Positions 28,479-42,700 of a stretch of 64,000 nt of DNA are shown here, piece after piece (positions within the stretch are counted from its first letter, which is position 1; the number at the start of each line of letters is the position of its first letter). Source of the stretch: the human T2T-CHM13v2.0 reference genome, Homo sapiens. The stretch lies in assembly GCF_009914755.1 (NCBI RefSeq), contig NC_060948.1. One strand, given 5' to 3'. The translations under genes and the position numbers were made by a program. The notes under the pieces are model-generated. The model did not search any database, had not been told where the DNA came from, and saw only the letters and a program-made list of their open reading frames with translations.

Positions 28479-31400
28479 CGGAATGGAATGAATTGGAACG
28501 GAATGGACTCGAATGGAATGGAATGTCATGGGATGGCATCAAATGGAATGGCATCAAATGGAATGGAATCGAATGCAATGGAATGCTATGGAATGGAATG
28601 GAATGCATTGGAATGGAATGTCCTCTAATGGAATGGATTCGAGTGGAATGGAATTGAATATAATGGAGTCGAATGAAATGGAATTGAAAGGAATGGGATC
28701 GAATACAATGGAATATACTGGAATGTAACGTAATGAACTCGAATGTAATTGACTGGAATGGAATGTACATGAATGGAATGTAATCGAATGGAAAGTAATC
28801 CAATGGAATAGAATCTAATGCAATAAAATCGACTCAGATAGAGTAGAATGTAATGGAATGGAGTGCAGTGCAATGGAATGGAATGGAATGGAATGCAATG
28901 GAATGGAATGGAATGGAATGGAATGGAATGGAATGGAATGGAATGGGATGGAATGGTATGGAATGGATAGTAATGGACTGGAGTGAAATGGACTGGAAAG
29001 GAATGGACTCAAATTGAAAGGGCTCGAAAGGAATGGAGTCAAATGGAATGGTCTGGAATGGAATGAACACGAATGTAATGCAACCCAATAGAATGGAATC
29101 GAATGGCATGGAATATAAAGAAATGGAATCGAAGAGAATGGAAACAAATGGAATGGAATTGAATGGAATGGGAACGAATGGAGTGAAATTGTATGCAGTA
29201 GAAGAGAATAGAATGGAATGCAAGCGAAAGGAAAGGAATGGATTGGAATGGAATGGAATTCATTGGAATGGAAGGGAATGTAGTGTAATGGACAGGCCTG
29301 GAATAAAGTGGAATGCTACGGTCTCGAATGGAATAAAAATGTATGGAATGGAATGCAATGAAACGGAATCGAATGTCATAGAATGTAATGGAATGCAAAA
29401 AAATGGAATCCAAAATCATTGACTGGAAAGGCTGGGTGTCGAAAGGAATTGACTCCAATGGAATGGAATCGAATGGAATGGAAGTGAATAGAATCGAACT
29501 AAATCGAATGGAATGGAATTGATAGGAACGGAATGGAAAGGAATGCAATGATTTGGCATGGAATGGAATCGAATGGCATCGAATGGAATGGAATGGAATG
29601 CAATGGAATGGAATGTATTAGAATGTAATGAACTTTAATGGAATGTACTCGAATGGATTCGACTGGAATGGAATGTTCTGGAAGTGAATGGACTCCAATG
29701 GAATGGATTCAAAAGGAATGGAATCGTACGGAATGGAATCTAATGGAATGCAATTAAATGGAAATGAATCAAATTGAATAGCACGGAATTGAATTGAATG
29801 GAATGGAATGCAATGGAATCTAATGAAACGGAAAGGAAAGGAATGGAATGGAATGGAATGGGCTGGAATGGAAAGGAATCGAAACGAATGGAATGGAATC
29901 GAACTGAAGAGACTGGAATGGAATGCACTGGAATGGAAGGGAGTGTAATGGAAGGTTCTCGAAAAAAATGGAATCGAATGGAATGGAATTGAATGGAACG
30001 GAATAGAGTCGAATGGAATTGAATGGAATGGAATGGACTAGAGTGAAATGGAATCGAACCACAAGGAATGGACAGGAATAGAATGGTCTCGAATTGAATG
30101 GAATCGTATGGAATGGCATCAAACGGAATGGAATGGACAGCCACGGAATGGAATGCACTCGAATGCAATGGAGTCGAAACTAACGGACTGGAATAGAATG
30201 GACTCGACTGGTACGGACTCCAATGGAATGGAATCGAATGGAAGGGAATCGAACGGAAGGGAATCGAACGGAATGGACTCGAAGGGAAAAGACTGCAATG
30301 GAAAGGTCTCGAATGGAATGGAAATTAATGGAATCGAATGGAGTCGAATGAAATGGAGTCAAAAGGAATGGAATCGAATGGCAAGAAATCGAATGTAATG
30401 GAATCGCAAGGAATTGATGTGAACGGAACGGAATGGAATGGAATCCAAAGGAATGGAATAGAATGGAATGGAATCGAATGGAAAGGACTCGAATTGAAAT
30501 CACTCGAATAGAATGCAATTTAATAAAATAGGATCAAATGTAATGGAATGGAATGGAAAGGAATCGAAACGAAAGGAATGGAGACAGATGGAATGGAATG
30601 GAACAGAGAGCAATGGTATAGAATGGAATGGAATCATCTGGAATGGAATTGAATGGAATGGAATAATATGAAATGGAATGGAATGGAATGGAATGGAATG
30701 CCCTTGAATTAAATGGACTGGAATGGAATGGACTCAAACAGAGTGGAATGGAAAGTGTGGAGATAGAATGGAATGAACTCCTTTGGAATGGTCTAGTAGG
30801 CAATGCAATCGACTGGCAGGGAATCAAAAGGAATGTAATCGAATGGATTGGACTGGAATGCAATGGACTCGAATAGATTGGAAACGGAATGCAAAGAATG
30901 GAATGGAATAGTATGGAATGGAATGGAAAGGAATGGAGTGGAACAGACTAAAGTGGAATGGAATGGACTGGAAAGCAATGGACTGGAATGGAACTTTCTT
31001 GAATGGACTGGAATCAAACGGAATGGAATGCAATGCAATCAAATGGCATGGAATAAAATAGAATGAAAGAGAATCAAATGGAATTGAATCGAATGGAATC
31101 GAATGGATTGGAAAGGAATAGAATGGAATGGAATGGAATTGACTCAAATGGAATGGACTAGAATGGAATGGATTCGAATGGAAGGCAAAGGAATGGAATC
31201 TATTGGAATGGACTGTAATGGAATGGAATGGAAGGGATTGGAATGGACTCGAATGGAATGGACTGCAATAGAAAGGATTCGAATGGAATGAAAAAGAATT
31301 GAATGGAATAGAACAGAATGGAATCAAATCGAATGAAATGGAATGGAATAGAAAGGAATGGAATGAAATGGAATGGAAAGGATTCGAATGGAATGCAATC

Positions 31401-32046
31401 GAATGGAATGGAATCGAACGGAATGGAATAAAATGGAAGAAAACTGGCAAGAAATGGAATCGAAATGAATGGAGTGTTATGGAACGGACTCAAAAGGAAT
31501 TGAATGTAATAGAATGGAGTGGAGTGGACTCGAATATAATGGACTGGAATGGAATGAAATCACATGGAATGGGAACGAATGGAATGGAATGGAAAGGAAT
31601 GGAATCGAATGGAAAGGAATCGAATGGAAGGGAATGAAATTGAATCAACAGGAATGGAAGGGAATAGAATAGACGGTAATGGAATGGACTCGAATAGAAT
31701 GGACACGAATGCTCAAATTGAATGGACTCGAATGGAATGGAAACGAAAGGAATGTCATCGAATGGAATTGAATCGATTGGAATGAAATCGCATAGAATGG
31801 AGTGGAATCAAATGGAATTGAATCGAAAGGAAAGGAAGCGAATGGACTGAAATGAAATGGAATGGAATTGAATGGAAAGTAATGCAATGGAATAGAATGG
31901 AACGAAATTTCACGGAATGGAATCAAACTGAATGGAATCAAATCAATGGAATCAAATCAAATGGAATGGAAAGGAATTGAATGGAGTAGATGGGATTGGA
32001 TGGGATTGGAATGAAATGTACTGGAAAGGACTCGAATTTCATGAAA
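28479..32046 (+). repeat. Higher-order unit 9 (3568 bp)
   Basis: (TGGAA)9; gaacagactaaag as in units 1 and 5; gaatataaag marker. Confidence 0.95.
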
Positions 32047-35000
32047 CGGAATGGAATGAATTGGAACGGAATGGACTCGAATGGAATGGAATGTCATGGG
32101 ATGGCATCAAATGGAATGGCATCAAATGGAATGGAATCGAATGCAATGGAATGCTATGGAATGGAATGGAATGCATTGGAATGGAATGTCCTCTAATGGA
32201 ATGGATTCGAGTGGAATGGAATTGAATATAATGGAGTCGAATGAAATGGAATTGAAAGGAATGGGATCGAATACAATGGAATATACTGGAATGTAACGTA
32301 ATGAACTCGAATGTAATTGACTGGAAAGGAATGTACATGAATGGAATGTAATCGAATGGAAAGTAATCCAATGGAATAGAATCTAATGCAATAAAATCGA
32401 CTCAGATAGAGTAGAATGTAATGGAATGGAGTGCAGTGCAATGGAATGGAATGGAATGGAATGCAATGGAATGGAATGGAATGGAATGGAATGGAATGGA
32501 ATGGGATGGAATGGTATGGAATGGATAGTAATGGACTGGAGTGAAATGGACTGGAAAGGAATGGACTCAAATTGAAAGGGCTCGAAAGGAATGGAGTCAA
32601 ATGGAATGGTCTGGAATGGAATGAACACGAATGTAATGCAACCCAATAGAATGGAATCGAATGGCATGGAATAGAAAGAAATGGAATCGAAGAGAATGGA
32701 AACAAATGGAATGGAATTGAATGGAATGGGAACGAATGGAGTGAAATTGTATGCAGTAGAAGAGAATAGAATGGAATGCAAGCGAAAGGAAAGGAATGGA
32801 TTGGAATGGAATGGAATTCATTGGAATGGAAGGGAATGTAGTGTAATGGACAGGCCTGGAATAAAGTGGAATGATACGGTCTCGAATGGAATAAAAATGT
32901 ATGGAATGGAATGCAATGAAACGGAATCGAATGTCATAGAATGTAATGGAATGCAAAAAAATGGAATCCAAAATCATTGACTGGAAAGGCTGGGTGTCGA
33001 AAGGAATTGACTCCAATGGAATGGAATCGAATGGAATGGAAGTGAATAGAATCGAACTAAATCGAATGGAATGGAATTGATAGGAATGGAATGGAAAGGA
33101 ATGCAATGATTTGGCATGGAATGGAATCGAATGGCATCGAATGGAATGGAATGGAATGCAATGGAATGGAATGTATTAGAATGTAATGAACTTTAATGGA
33201 ATGTACTCGAATGGATTCGACTGGAATGGAATGTTCTGGAAGTGAATGGACTCCAATGGAATGGATTCAAAAGGAATGGAATCGTACGGAATGGAATCTA
33301 ATGGAATGCAATTAAATGGAAATGAATCAAATTGAATAGCACGGAATTGAATTGAATGGAATGGAATGCAATGGAATCTAATGAAACGGAAAGGAAAGGA
33401 ATGGAATGGAATGGAATGGGCTGGAATGGAAAGGAATCGAAACGAATGGAATGGAATCGAACTGAAGAGACTGGAATGGAATGCACTGGAATGGAAGGGA
33501 GTGTAATGGAAGGTTCTCGAAAAAAATGGAATCGAATGGAATGCAATTGAATGGAACGGAATAGAGTCGAATGGAATTGAATGGAATGGAATGGACTAGA
33601 GTGAAATGGAATCGAACCACAAGGAATGGACAGGAATAGAATGGTCTCGAATTGAATGGAATCGTATGGAATGGCATCAAACGGAATGGAATGGACAGCC
33701 ACGGAATGGAATGCACTCGAATGCAATGGAGTCGAAACTAACGGACTGGAATAGAATGGAATCGACTGGTACGGACTCCAATGGAATGGAATCGAATGGA
33801 AGGGAATCGAACGGAAGGGAATCGAACGGAATGGACTCGAAGGGAAAAGACTGCAATGGAAAGGTCTCGAATGGAATGGAAATTAATGGAATGGAATGGA
33901 ATCGAATGAAATGGAGTCAAAAGGAATGGAATCGAATGGCAAGAAATCGAATGTAATGGAATCGCAAGGAATTGATGTGAACGGAACGGAATGGAATGGA
34001 ATCCAAAGGAATGGAATAGAATGGAATGGAATCGAATGGAAAGGACTCGAATGGAAATCACTCGAATAGAATGCAATTTAATAAAATAGGATCAAATGTA
34101 ATGGAATGGAATGGAAAGGAATCGAAACGAAAGGAATGGAGACAGATGGAATGGAATGGAACAGAGAGCAATGGTATAGAATGGAATGGAATCATCTGGA
34201 ATGGAATTGAATGGAATGGAATGATATGAAATGGAATGGAATGGAATGGAATGGAATGCCCTTGAATTAAATGGACTGGACTCGAACAGAGTGGAATGGA
34301 AAGTGTGGAGATAGAATGGAATGAACTCCTTTGGGATGGTCTAGTAGGCAATGCAATCGACTGGCAGGGAATCAAAAGGAATGTAATCGAATGGATTGGA
34401 CTGGAATGCAATGGACTCGAATAGATTGGAAACGGAATGCAAAGAATGGAATGGAATAGTATGGAATGGAATGGAAAGGAATGGAGTGGAATAGACTAGA
34501 GTGGAATGGAATGGACTGGAAAGCAATGGACTGGAATGGAACTTTGTTGAATGGACTGGAATCAAACGGAATGGAATGCAATGCAATCAAATGGCATGGA
34601 ATAAAATAGAATGAAAGAGAATCAAATGGAATTGAATCGAATGGAATCGAATGGATTGGAAAGGAATAGAATGGAATGGAATGGAATTGACTCAAATGGA
34701 ATGGACTAGAATGGAATGGATTCGAATGGAAGGCAAAGGAATGGAATCTATTGGAATGGACTGTAATGGAATGGAATGGAAGGGATTGGAATGGACTCGA
34801 ATGGAATGGACTGCAATAGAAAGGATTCGAATGGAATGAAAAAGAATTGAATGGAATAGAACAGAATGGAATCAAATCGAATGAAATGGAATGGAATAGA
34901 AAGGAATGGAATGAAATGGAATGGAAAGGATTCGAATGGAATGCAATCGAATGGAATGGAATCGAACGGAATGGAATAAAATGGAAGAAAACTGGCAAGA

Positions 35001-35594
35001 AATGGAATCGAAATGAATGGAGTGTTATGGAACGGACTCAAAAGGAATTGAATGTAATAGAATGGAGTGGAGTGGACTCGAATATAATGGACTGGAATGG
35101 AATGAAATCACATGGAATGGGAACGAATGGAATGGAATGGAAAGGAATGGAATCGAATGGAAAGGAATCGAATGGAAGGGAATGAAATTGAATCAACAGG
35201 AATGGAAGGGAATAGAATAGACGGTAATGGAATGGACTCGAATAGAATGGACACGAATGCTCAAATTGAATGGACTCGAATGGAATGGAAACGAAAGGAA
35301 TGTCATCGAATGGAATTGAATCGATTGGAATGAAATCGCATAGAATGGAGTGGAATCAAATGGAATTGAATCGAAAGGAAAGGAAGCGAATGGACTGAAA
35401 TGAAATGGAATGGAATTGAATGGAAAGTAATGCAATGGAATAGAATGGAACGAAATTTCACGGAATGGAATCAAACTGAATGGAATCAAATCAATGGAAT
35501 CAAATCAAATGGAATGGAAAGGAATTGAATGGAGTAGATGGGATTGGATGGGATTGGAATGAAATGTACTGGAAAGGACTCGAATTTCATGAAA
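32047..35594 (+). repeat. Higher-order unit 10 (3548 bp)
   Basis: (TGGAA)7; same markers as unit 6 plus gataggaatgg. Confidence 0.95.
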
Positions 35595-38500
35595 CGGAAT
35601 GGAATGAATTGGAACGGAATGGACTCGAATGGAATGGAATGTCATGGGATGGCATCAAATGGAATGGCATCAAATGGAATGGAATCGAATGCAATGGAAT
35701 GCTATGGAATGGAATGGAATGCATTGGAATGGAATGTCCTCTAATGGAATGGATTCGAGTGGAATGGAATTGAATATAATGGAGTCGAATGAAATGGAAT
35801 TGAAAGGAATGGGATCGAATACAATGGAATATACTGGAATGTAACGTAATGAACTCGAATGTAATTGACTGGAATGGAATGTACATGAATGGAATGTAAT
35901 CGAATGGAAAGTAATCCAAAGGTATAGAATCTAATGCAATAAAATCGACTCAGATAGAGTAGAATGTAATGGAATGGAGTGCAGTGCAATGGAATGGAAT
36001 GGAATGGAATGCAATGGAATGGAATGGAATGGAATGGAATGGAATGGGATGGAATGGTGTGGAATGGATAGTAATGGACTGGAGTGAAATGGACTGGAAA
36101 GGAATGGACTCAAATTGAAAGGTCTCGAAAGGAATGGATTCAAATGGAATGGTCTGGAATGGAATGAACACGAATGTAATGCAACCCAATAGAATGGAAT
36201 CGAATGGCATGGAATAGAAAGAAATGGAATCGAAGAGAATGGAAACAAATGGAATGGAATTGAATGGAATGGAATTGAATGGAATGGGAACGAATGGAGT
36301 GAAATTGTATGCAGTAGAAGAGAATAGAATGGAATGCAAGCGAAAGGAAAGGAATGGATTGGAATGGAATGGAATTCATTGGAATGGAAGGGAATGTAGT
36401 GTAATGGACAGGCCTGGAATAAAGTGGAATGCTACGGTCTCGAATGGAATAAAAATGTATGGAATGGAATGCAATGAAACGGAATCGAATGTCATAGAAT
36501 GTAATGGAATGCAACAAAATGGAATCCAAAATCATTGACTGGAAAGGCTGGGTGTCGAAAGGAATTGACTCCAATGGAATGGAATCGAATGGAATGGAAG
36601 TGAATAGAATCGAACTAAATCGAATGGAATGGAATTGATAGGAACGGAATGGAAAGGAATGCAATGATTTGGCATGGAATGGAATCGAATGGCATCGAAT
36701 GGAATGGAATGGAATGCAATGGAATGGAATGTATTAGAATGTAATGAACTTTAATGGAATGTACTCGAATGGATTCGACTGGAATGGAATGTTCTGGAAG
36801 TGAATGGACTCCAATGGAATGGATTCAAAAGGAATGGAATCGTACGGAATGGAATCTAATGGAATGCAATTAAATGGAAATGAATCAAATTGAATAGCAC
36901 GGAATTGAATTGAATGGAATGGAATGCAATGGAATCTAATGAAACGGAAAGGAAAGGAATGGAATGGAATGGAATGGGCTGGAATGGAAAGGAATCGAAA
37001 CGAATGGAATGGAATCGAACTGAAGAGACTGGAATGGAATGCACTGGAATGGAAGGGAGTGTAATGGAAGGTTCTCGAAAAAAATGGAATCGAATGGAAT
37101 GCAATTGAATGGAACGGAATAGATTCGAATGGAATTGAATGGAATGGAATGGACTAGAGTGAAATGGAATCGAACCACAAGGAATGGACAGGAATAGAAT
37201 GGTCTCGAATTGAATGGAATCGTATGGAATGGCATCAAACGGAATGGAATGGACAGCCACGGAATGGAATGCACTCGAATGCAATGGAGTCGAAACTAAC
37301 GGACTGGAATAGAATGGACTCGATTGGTACGGACTCCAATGGAATGGAATCGAATGGAAGGGAATCGAACGGAAGGGAATCGAACGGAATGGACTCGAAG
37401 GGAAAAGACTGCAATGGAAAGGTCTCGAATGGAATGGAAATTAATGGAATGGAATGGAATCGAATGAAATGGAGTCAAAAGGAATGGAATCGAATGGCAA
37501 GAAATCGAATGTAATGGAATCGCAAGGAATTGATGTGAACGGAACGGAATGGAATGGAATCCAAAGGAATGGAATAGAATGGAATGGAATCGAATGGAAA
37601 GGACTCGAATGGAAATCACTCGAATAGAATGCAATTTAATAAAATAGGATCAAATGTAATGGAATGGAATGGAAAGGAATCGAAACGAAAGGAATGGAGA
37701 CAGATGGAATGGAATGGAACAGAGAGCAATGGTATAGAATGGAATGGAATCATCTGGAATGGAATTGAATGGAATGGAATGATATGAAATGGAATGGAAT
37801 GGAATGGAATGGAATGCCCTTGAATTAAATGGACTGGACTCGAACAGAGTGGAATGGAAAGTGTGGAGATAGAATGGAATGAACTCCTTTGGAATGGTCT
37901 AGTAGGCAATGCAATCGACTGGCAGGGAATCAAAAGGAATGTAATCGAATGGATTGGACTGGAATGCAATGGACTCGAATAGATTGGAAACGGAATGCAA
38001 AGAATGGAATGGAATAGTATGGAATGGAATGGAAAGGAATGGAGTGGAATAGACTAGAGTGGAATGGAATGGACTGGAAAGCAATGGACTGGAATGGAAC
38101 TTTCTTGAATGGACTGGAATCAAACGGAATGGAATGCAATGCAATCAAATGGCATGGAATAAAATAGAATGAAAGAGAATCAAATGGAATTGAATCGAAT
38201 GGAATCGAATGGATTGGAAAGGAATAGAATGGAATGGAATGGAATTGACTCAAATGGAATGGACTAGAATGGAATGGATTCGAATGGAAGGCAAAGGAAT
38301 GGAATCTATTGGAATGGACTGTAATGGAATGGAATGGAAGGGATTGGAATGGACTCGAATGGAATGGACTGCAATAGAAAGGATTCGAATGGAATGAAAA
38401 AGAATTGAATGGAATAGAACAGAATGGAATCAAATCGAATGAAATGGAATGGAATAGAAAGGAATGGAATGAAATGGAATGGAAAGGATTCGAATGGAAT

Positions 38501-39152
38501 GCAATCGAATGGAATGGAATCGAACGGAATGGAATAAAATGGAAGAAAACTGGCAAGAAATGGAATCGAAATGAATGGAGTGTTATGGAACGGACTCAAA
38601 AGGAATTGAATGTAATAGAATGGAGTGGAGTGGACTCGAATATAATGGACTGGAATGGAATGAAATCACATGGAATGGGAACGAATGGAATGGAATGGAA
38701 AGGAATGGAATCGAATGGAAAGGAATCGAATGGAAGGGAATGAAATTGAATCAACAGGAATGGAAGGGAATAGAATAGACGGTAATGGAATGGACTCGAA
38801 TAGAATGGACACGAATGCTCAAATTGAATGGACTCGAATGGAATGGAAACGAAAGGAATGTCATCGAATGGAATTGAATCGATTGGAATGAAATCGCATA
38901 GAATGGAGTGGAATCAAATGGAATTGAATCGAAAGGAAAGGAAGCGAATGGACTGAAATGAAATGGAATGGAATTGAATGGAAAGTAATGCAATGGAATA
39001 GAATGGAACGAAATTTCACGGAATGGAATCAAACTGAATGGAATCAAATCAATGGAATCAAATCAAATGGAATGGAAAGGAATTGAATGGAGTAGATGGG
39101 ATTGGATGGGATTGGAATGAAATGTACTGGAAAGGACTCGAATTTCATGAAA
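35595..39152 (+). repeat. Higher-order unit 11 (3558 bp)
   Basis: (TGGAA)6, 15-bp duplication and caaaggtata as in unit 7. Confidence 0.95.
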
Positions 39153-42100
39153 CGGAATGGAATGAATTGGAACGGAATGGACTCGAATGGAATGGAATGT
39201 CATGGGATGGCATCAAATGGAATGGCATCAAATGGAATGGAATCGAATGCAATGGAATGCTATGGAATGGAATGGAATGCATTGGAATGGAATGTCCTCT
39301 AATGGAATGGATTCGAGTGGAATGGAATTGAATATAATGGAGTCGAATGAAATGGAATTGAAAGGAATGGGATCGAATACAATGGAATATACTGGAATGT
39401 AACGTAATGAACTCGAATGTAATTGACTGGAAAGGAATGTACATGAATGGAATGTAATCGAATGGAAAGTAATCCAATGGAATAGAATCTAATGCAATAA
39501 AATCGACTCAGATAGAGTAGAATGTAATGGAATGGAGTGCAGTGCAATGGAATGGAATGGAATGGAATGCAATGGAATGGAATGGAATGGAATGGAATGG
39601 AATGGAATGGGATGGAATGGTATGGAATGGATAGTAATGGACTGGAGTGAAATGGACTGGAAAGGAATGGACTCAAATTGAAAGGGCTCGAAAGGAATGG
39701 AGTCAAATGGAATGGTCTGGAATGGAATGAACACGAATGTAATGCAACCCAATAGAATGGAATCGAATGGCATGGAATAGAAAGAAATGGAATCGAAGAG
39801 AATGGAAACAAATGGAATGGAATTGAATGGAATGGGAACGAATGGAGTGAAATTGTATGCAGTAGAAGAGAATAGAATGGAATGCAAGCGAAAGGAAAGG
39901 AATGGATTGGAATGGAATGGAATTCATTGGAATGGAAGGGAATGTAGTGTAATGGACAGGCCTGGAATAAAGTGGAATGATACGGTCTCGAATGGAATAA
40001 AAATGTATGGAATGGAATGCAATGAAACGGAATCGAATGTCATAGAATGTAATGGAATGCAAAAAAATGGAATCCAAAATCATTGACTGGAAAGGCTGGG
40101 TGTCGAAAGGAATTGACTCCAATGGAATGGAATCGAATGGAATGGAAGTGAATAGAATCGAACTAAATCGAATGGAATGGAATTGATAGGAATGGAATGG
40201 AAAGGAATGCAATGATTTGGCATGGAATGGAATCGAATGGCATCGAATGGAATGGAATGGAATGCAATGGAATGGAATGTATTAGAATGTAATGAACTTT
40301 AATGGAATGTACTCGAATGGATTCGACTGGAATGGAATGTTCTGGAAGTGAATGGACTCCAATGGAATGGATTCAAAAGGAATGGAATCGTACGGAATGG
40401 AATCTAATGGAATGCAATTAAATGGAAATGAATCAAATTGAATAGCACGGAATTGAATTGAATGGAATGGAATGCAATGGAATCTAATGAAACGGAAAGG
40501 AAAGGAATGGAATGGAATGGAATGGGCTGGAATGGAAAGGAATCGAAACGAATGGAATGGAATCGAACTGAAGAGACTAGAATGGAATGCACTGGAATGG
40601 AAGGGAGTGTAATGGAAGGTTCTCGAAAAAAATGGAATCGAATGGAATGCAATTGAATGGAACGGAATAGAGTCGAATGGAATTGAATGGAATGGAATGG
40701 ACTAGAGTGAAATGGAATCGAACCACAAGGAATGGACAGGAATAGAATGGTCTCGAATTGAATGGAATCGTATGGAATGGCATCAAACGGAATGGAATGG
40801 ACAGCCACGGAATGGAATGCACTCGAATGCAATGGAGTCGAAACTAACGGACTGGAATAGAATGGAATCGACTGGTACGGACTCCAATGGAATGGAATCG
40901 AATGGAAGGGAATCGAACGGAAGGGAATCGAACGGAATGGACTCGAAGGGAAAAGACTGCAATGGAAAGGTCTCGAATGGAATGGAAATTAATGGAATGG
41001 AATGGAATCGAATGAAATGGAGTCAAAAGGAATGGAATCGAATGGCAAGAAATCGAATGTAATGGAATCGCAAGGAATTGATGTGAACGGAACGGAATGG
41101 AATGGAATCCAAAGGAATGGAATAGAATGGAATGGAATCGAATGGAAAGGACTCGAATGGAAATCACTCGAATAGAATGCAATTTAATAAAATAGGATCA
41201 AATGTAATGGAATGGAATGGAAAGGAATCGAAACGAAAGGAATGGAGACAGATGGAATGGAATGGAACAGAGAGCAATGGTATAGAATGGAATGGAATCA
41301 TCTGGAATGGAATTGAATGGAATGGAATGATATGAAATGGAATGGAATGGAATGGAATGGAATGCCCTTGAATTAAATGGACTGGACTCGAACAGAGTGG
41401 AATGGAAAGTGTGGAGATAGAATGGAATGAACTCCTTTGGGATGGTCTAGTAGGCAATGCAATCGACTGGCAGGGAATCAAAAGGAATGTAATCGAATGG
41501 ATTGGACTGGAATGCAATGGACTCGAATAGATTGGAAACGGAATGCAAAGAATGGAATGGAATAGTATGGAATGGAATGGAAAGGAATGGAGTGGAATAG
41601 ACTAGAGTGGAATGGAATGGACTGGAAAGCAATGGACTGGAATGGAACTTTGTTGAATGGACTGGAATCAAACGGAATGGAATGCAATGCAATCAAATGG
41701 CATGGAATAAAATAGAATGAAAGAGAATCAAATGGAATTGAATCGAATGGAATCGAATGGATTGGAAAGGAATAGAATGGAATGGAATGGAATTGACTCA
41801 AATGGAATGGACTAGAATGGAATGGATTCGAATGGAAGGCAAAGGAATGGAATCTATTGGAATGGACTGTAATGGAATGGAATGGAAGGGATTGGAATGG
41901 ACTCGAATGGAATGGACTGCAATAGAAAGGATTCGAATGGAATGAAAAAGAATTGAATGGAATAGAACAGAATGGAATCAAATCGAATGAAATGGAATGG
42001 AATAGAAAGGAATGGAATGAAATGGAATGGAAAGGATTCGAATGGAATGCAATCGAATGGAATGGAATCGAACGGAATGGAATAAAATGGAAGAAAACTG

Positions 42101-42700
42101 GCAAGAAATGGAATCGAAATGAATGGAGTGTTATGGAACGGACTCAAAAGGAATTGAATGTAATAGAATGGAGTGGAGTGGACTCGAATATAATGGACTG
42201 GAATGGAATGAAATCACATGGAATGGGAACGAATGGAATGGAATGGAAAGGAATGGAATCGAATGGAAAGGAATCGAATGGAAGGGAATGAAATTGAATC
42301 AACAGGAATGGAAGGGAATAGAATAGACGGTAATGGAATGGACTCGAATAGAATGGACACGAATGCTCAAATTGAATGGACTCGAATGGAATGGAAACGA
42401 AAGGAATGTCATCGAATGGAATTGAATCGATTGGAATGAAATCGCATAGAATGGAGTGGAATCAAATGGAATTGAATCGAAAGGAAAGGAAGCGAATGGA
42501 CTGAAATGAAATGGAATGGAATTGAATGGAAAGTAATGCAATGGAATAGAATGGAACGAAATTTCACGGAATGGAATCAAACTGAATGGAATCAAATCAA
42601 TGGAATCAAATCAAATGGAATGGAAAGGAATTGAATGGAGTAGATGGGATTGGATGGGATTGGAATGAAATGTACTGGAAAGGACTCGAATTTCATGAAA
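39153..42700 (+). repeat. Higher-order unit 12 (3548 bp)
   Basis: (TGGAA)7; near copy of unit 10, including gataggaatgg. Confidence 0.95.
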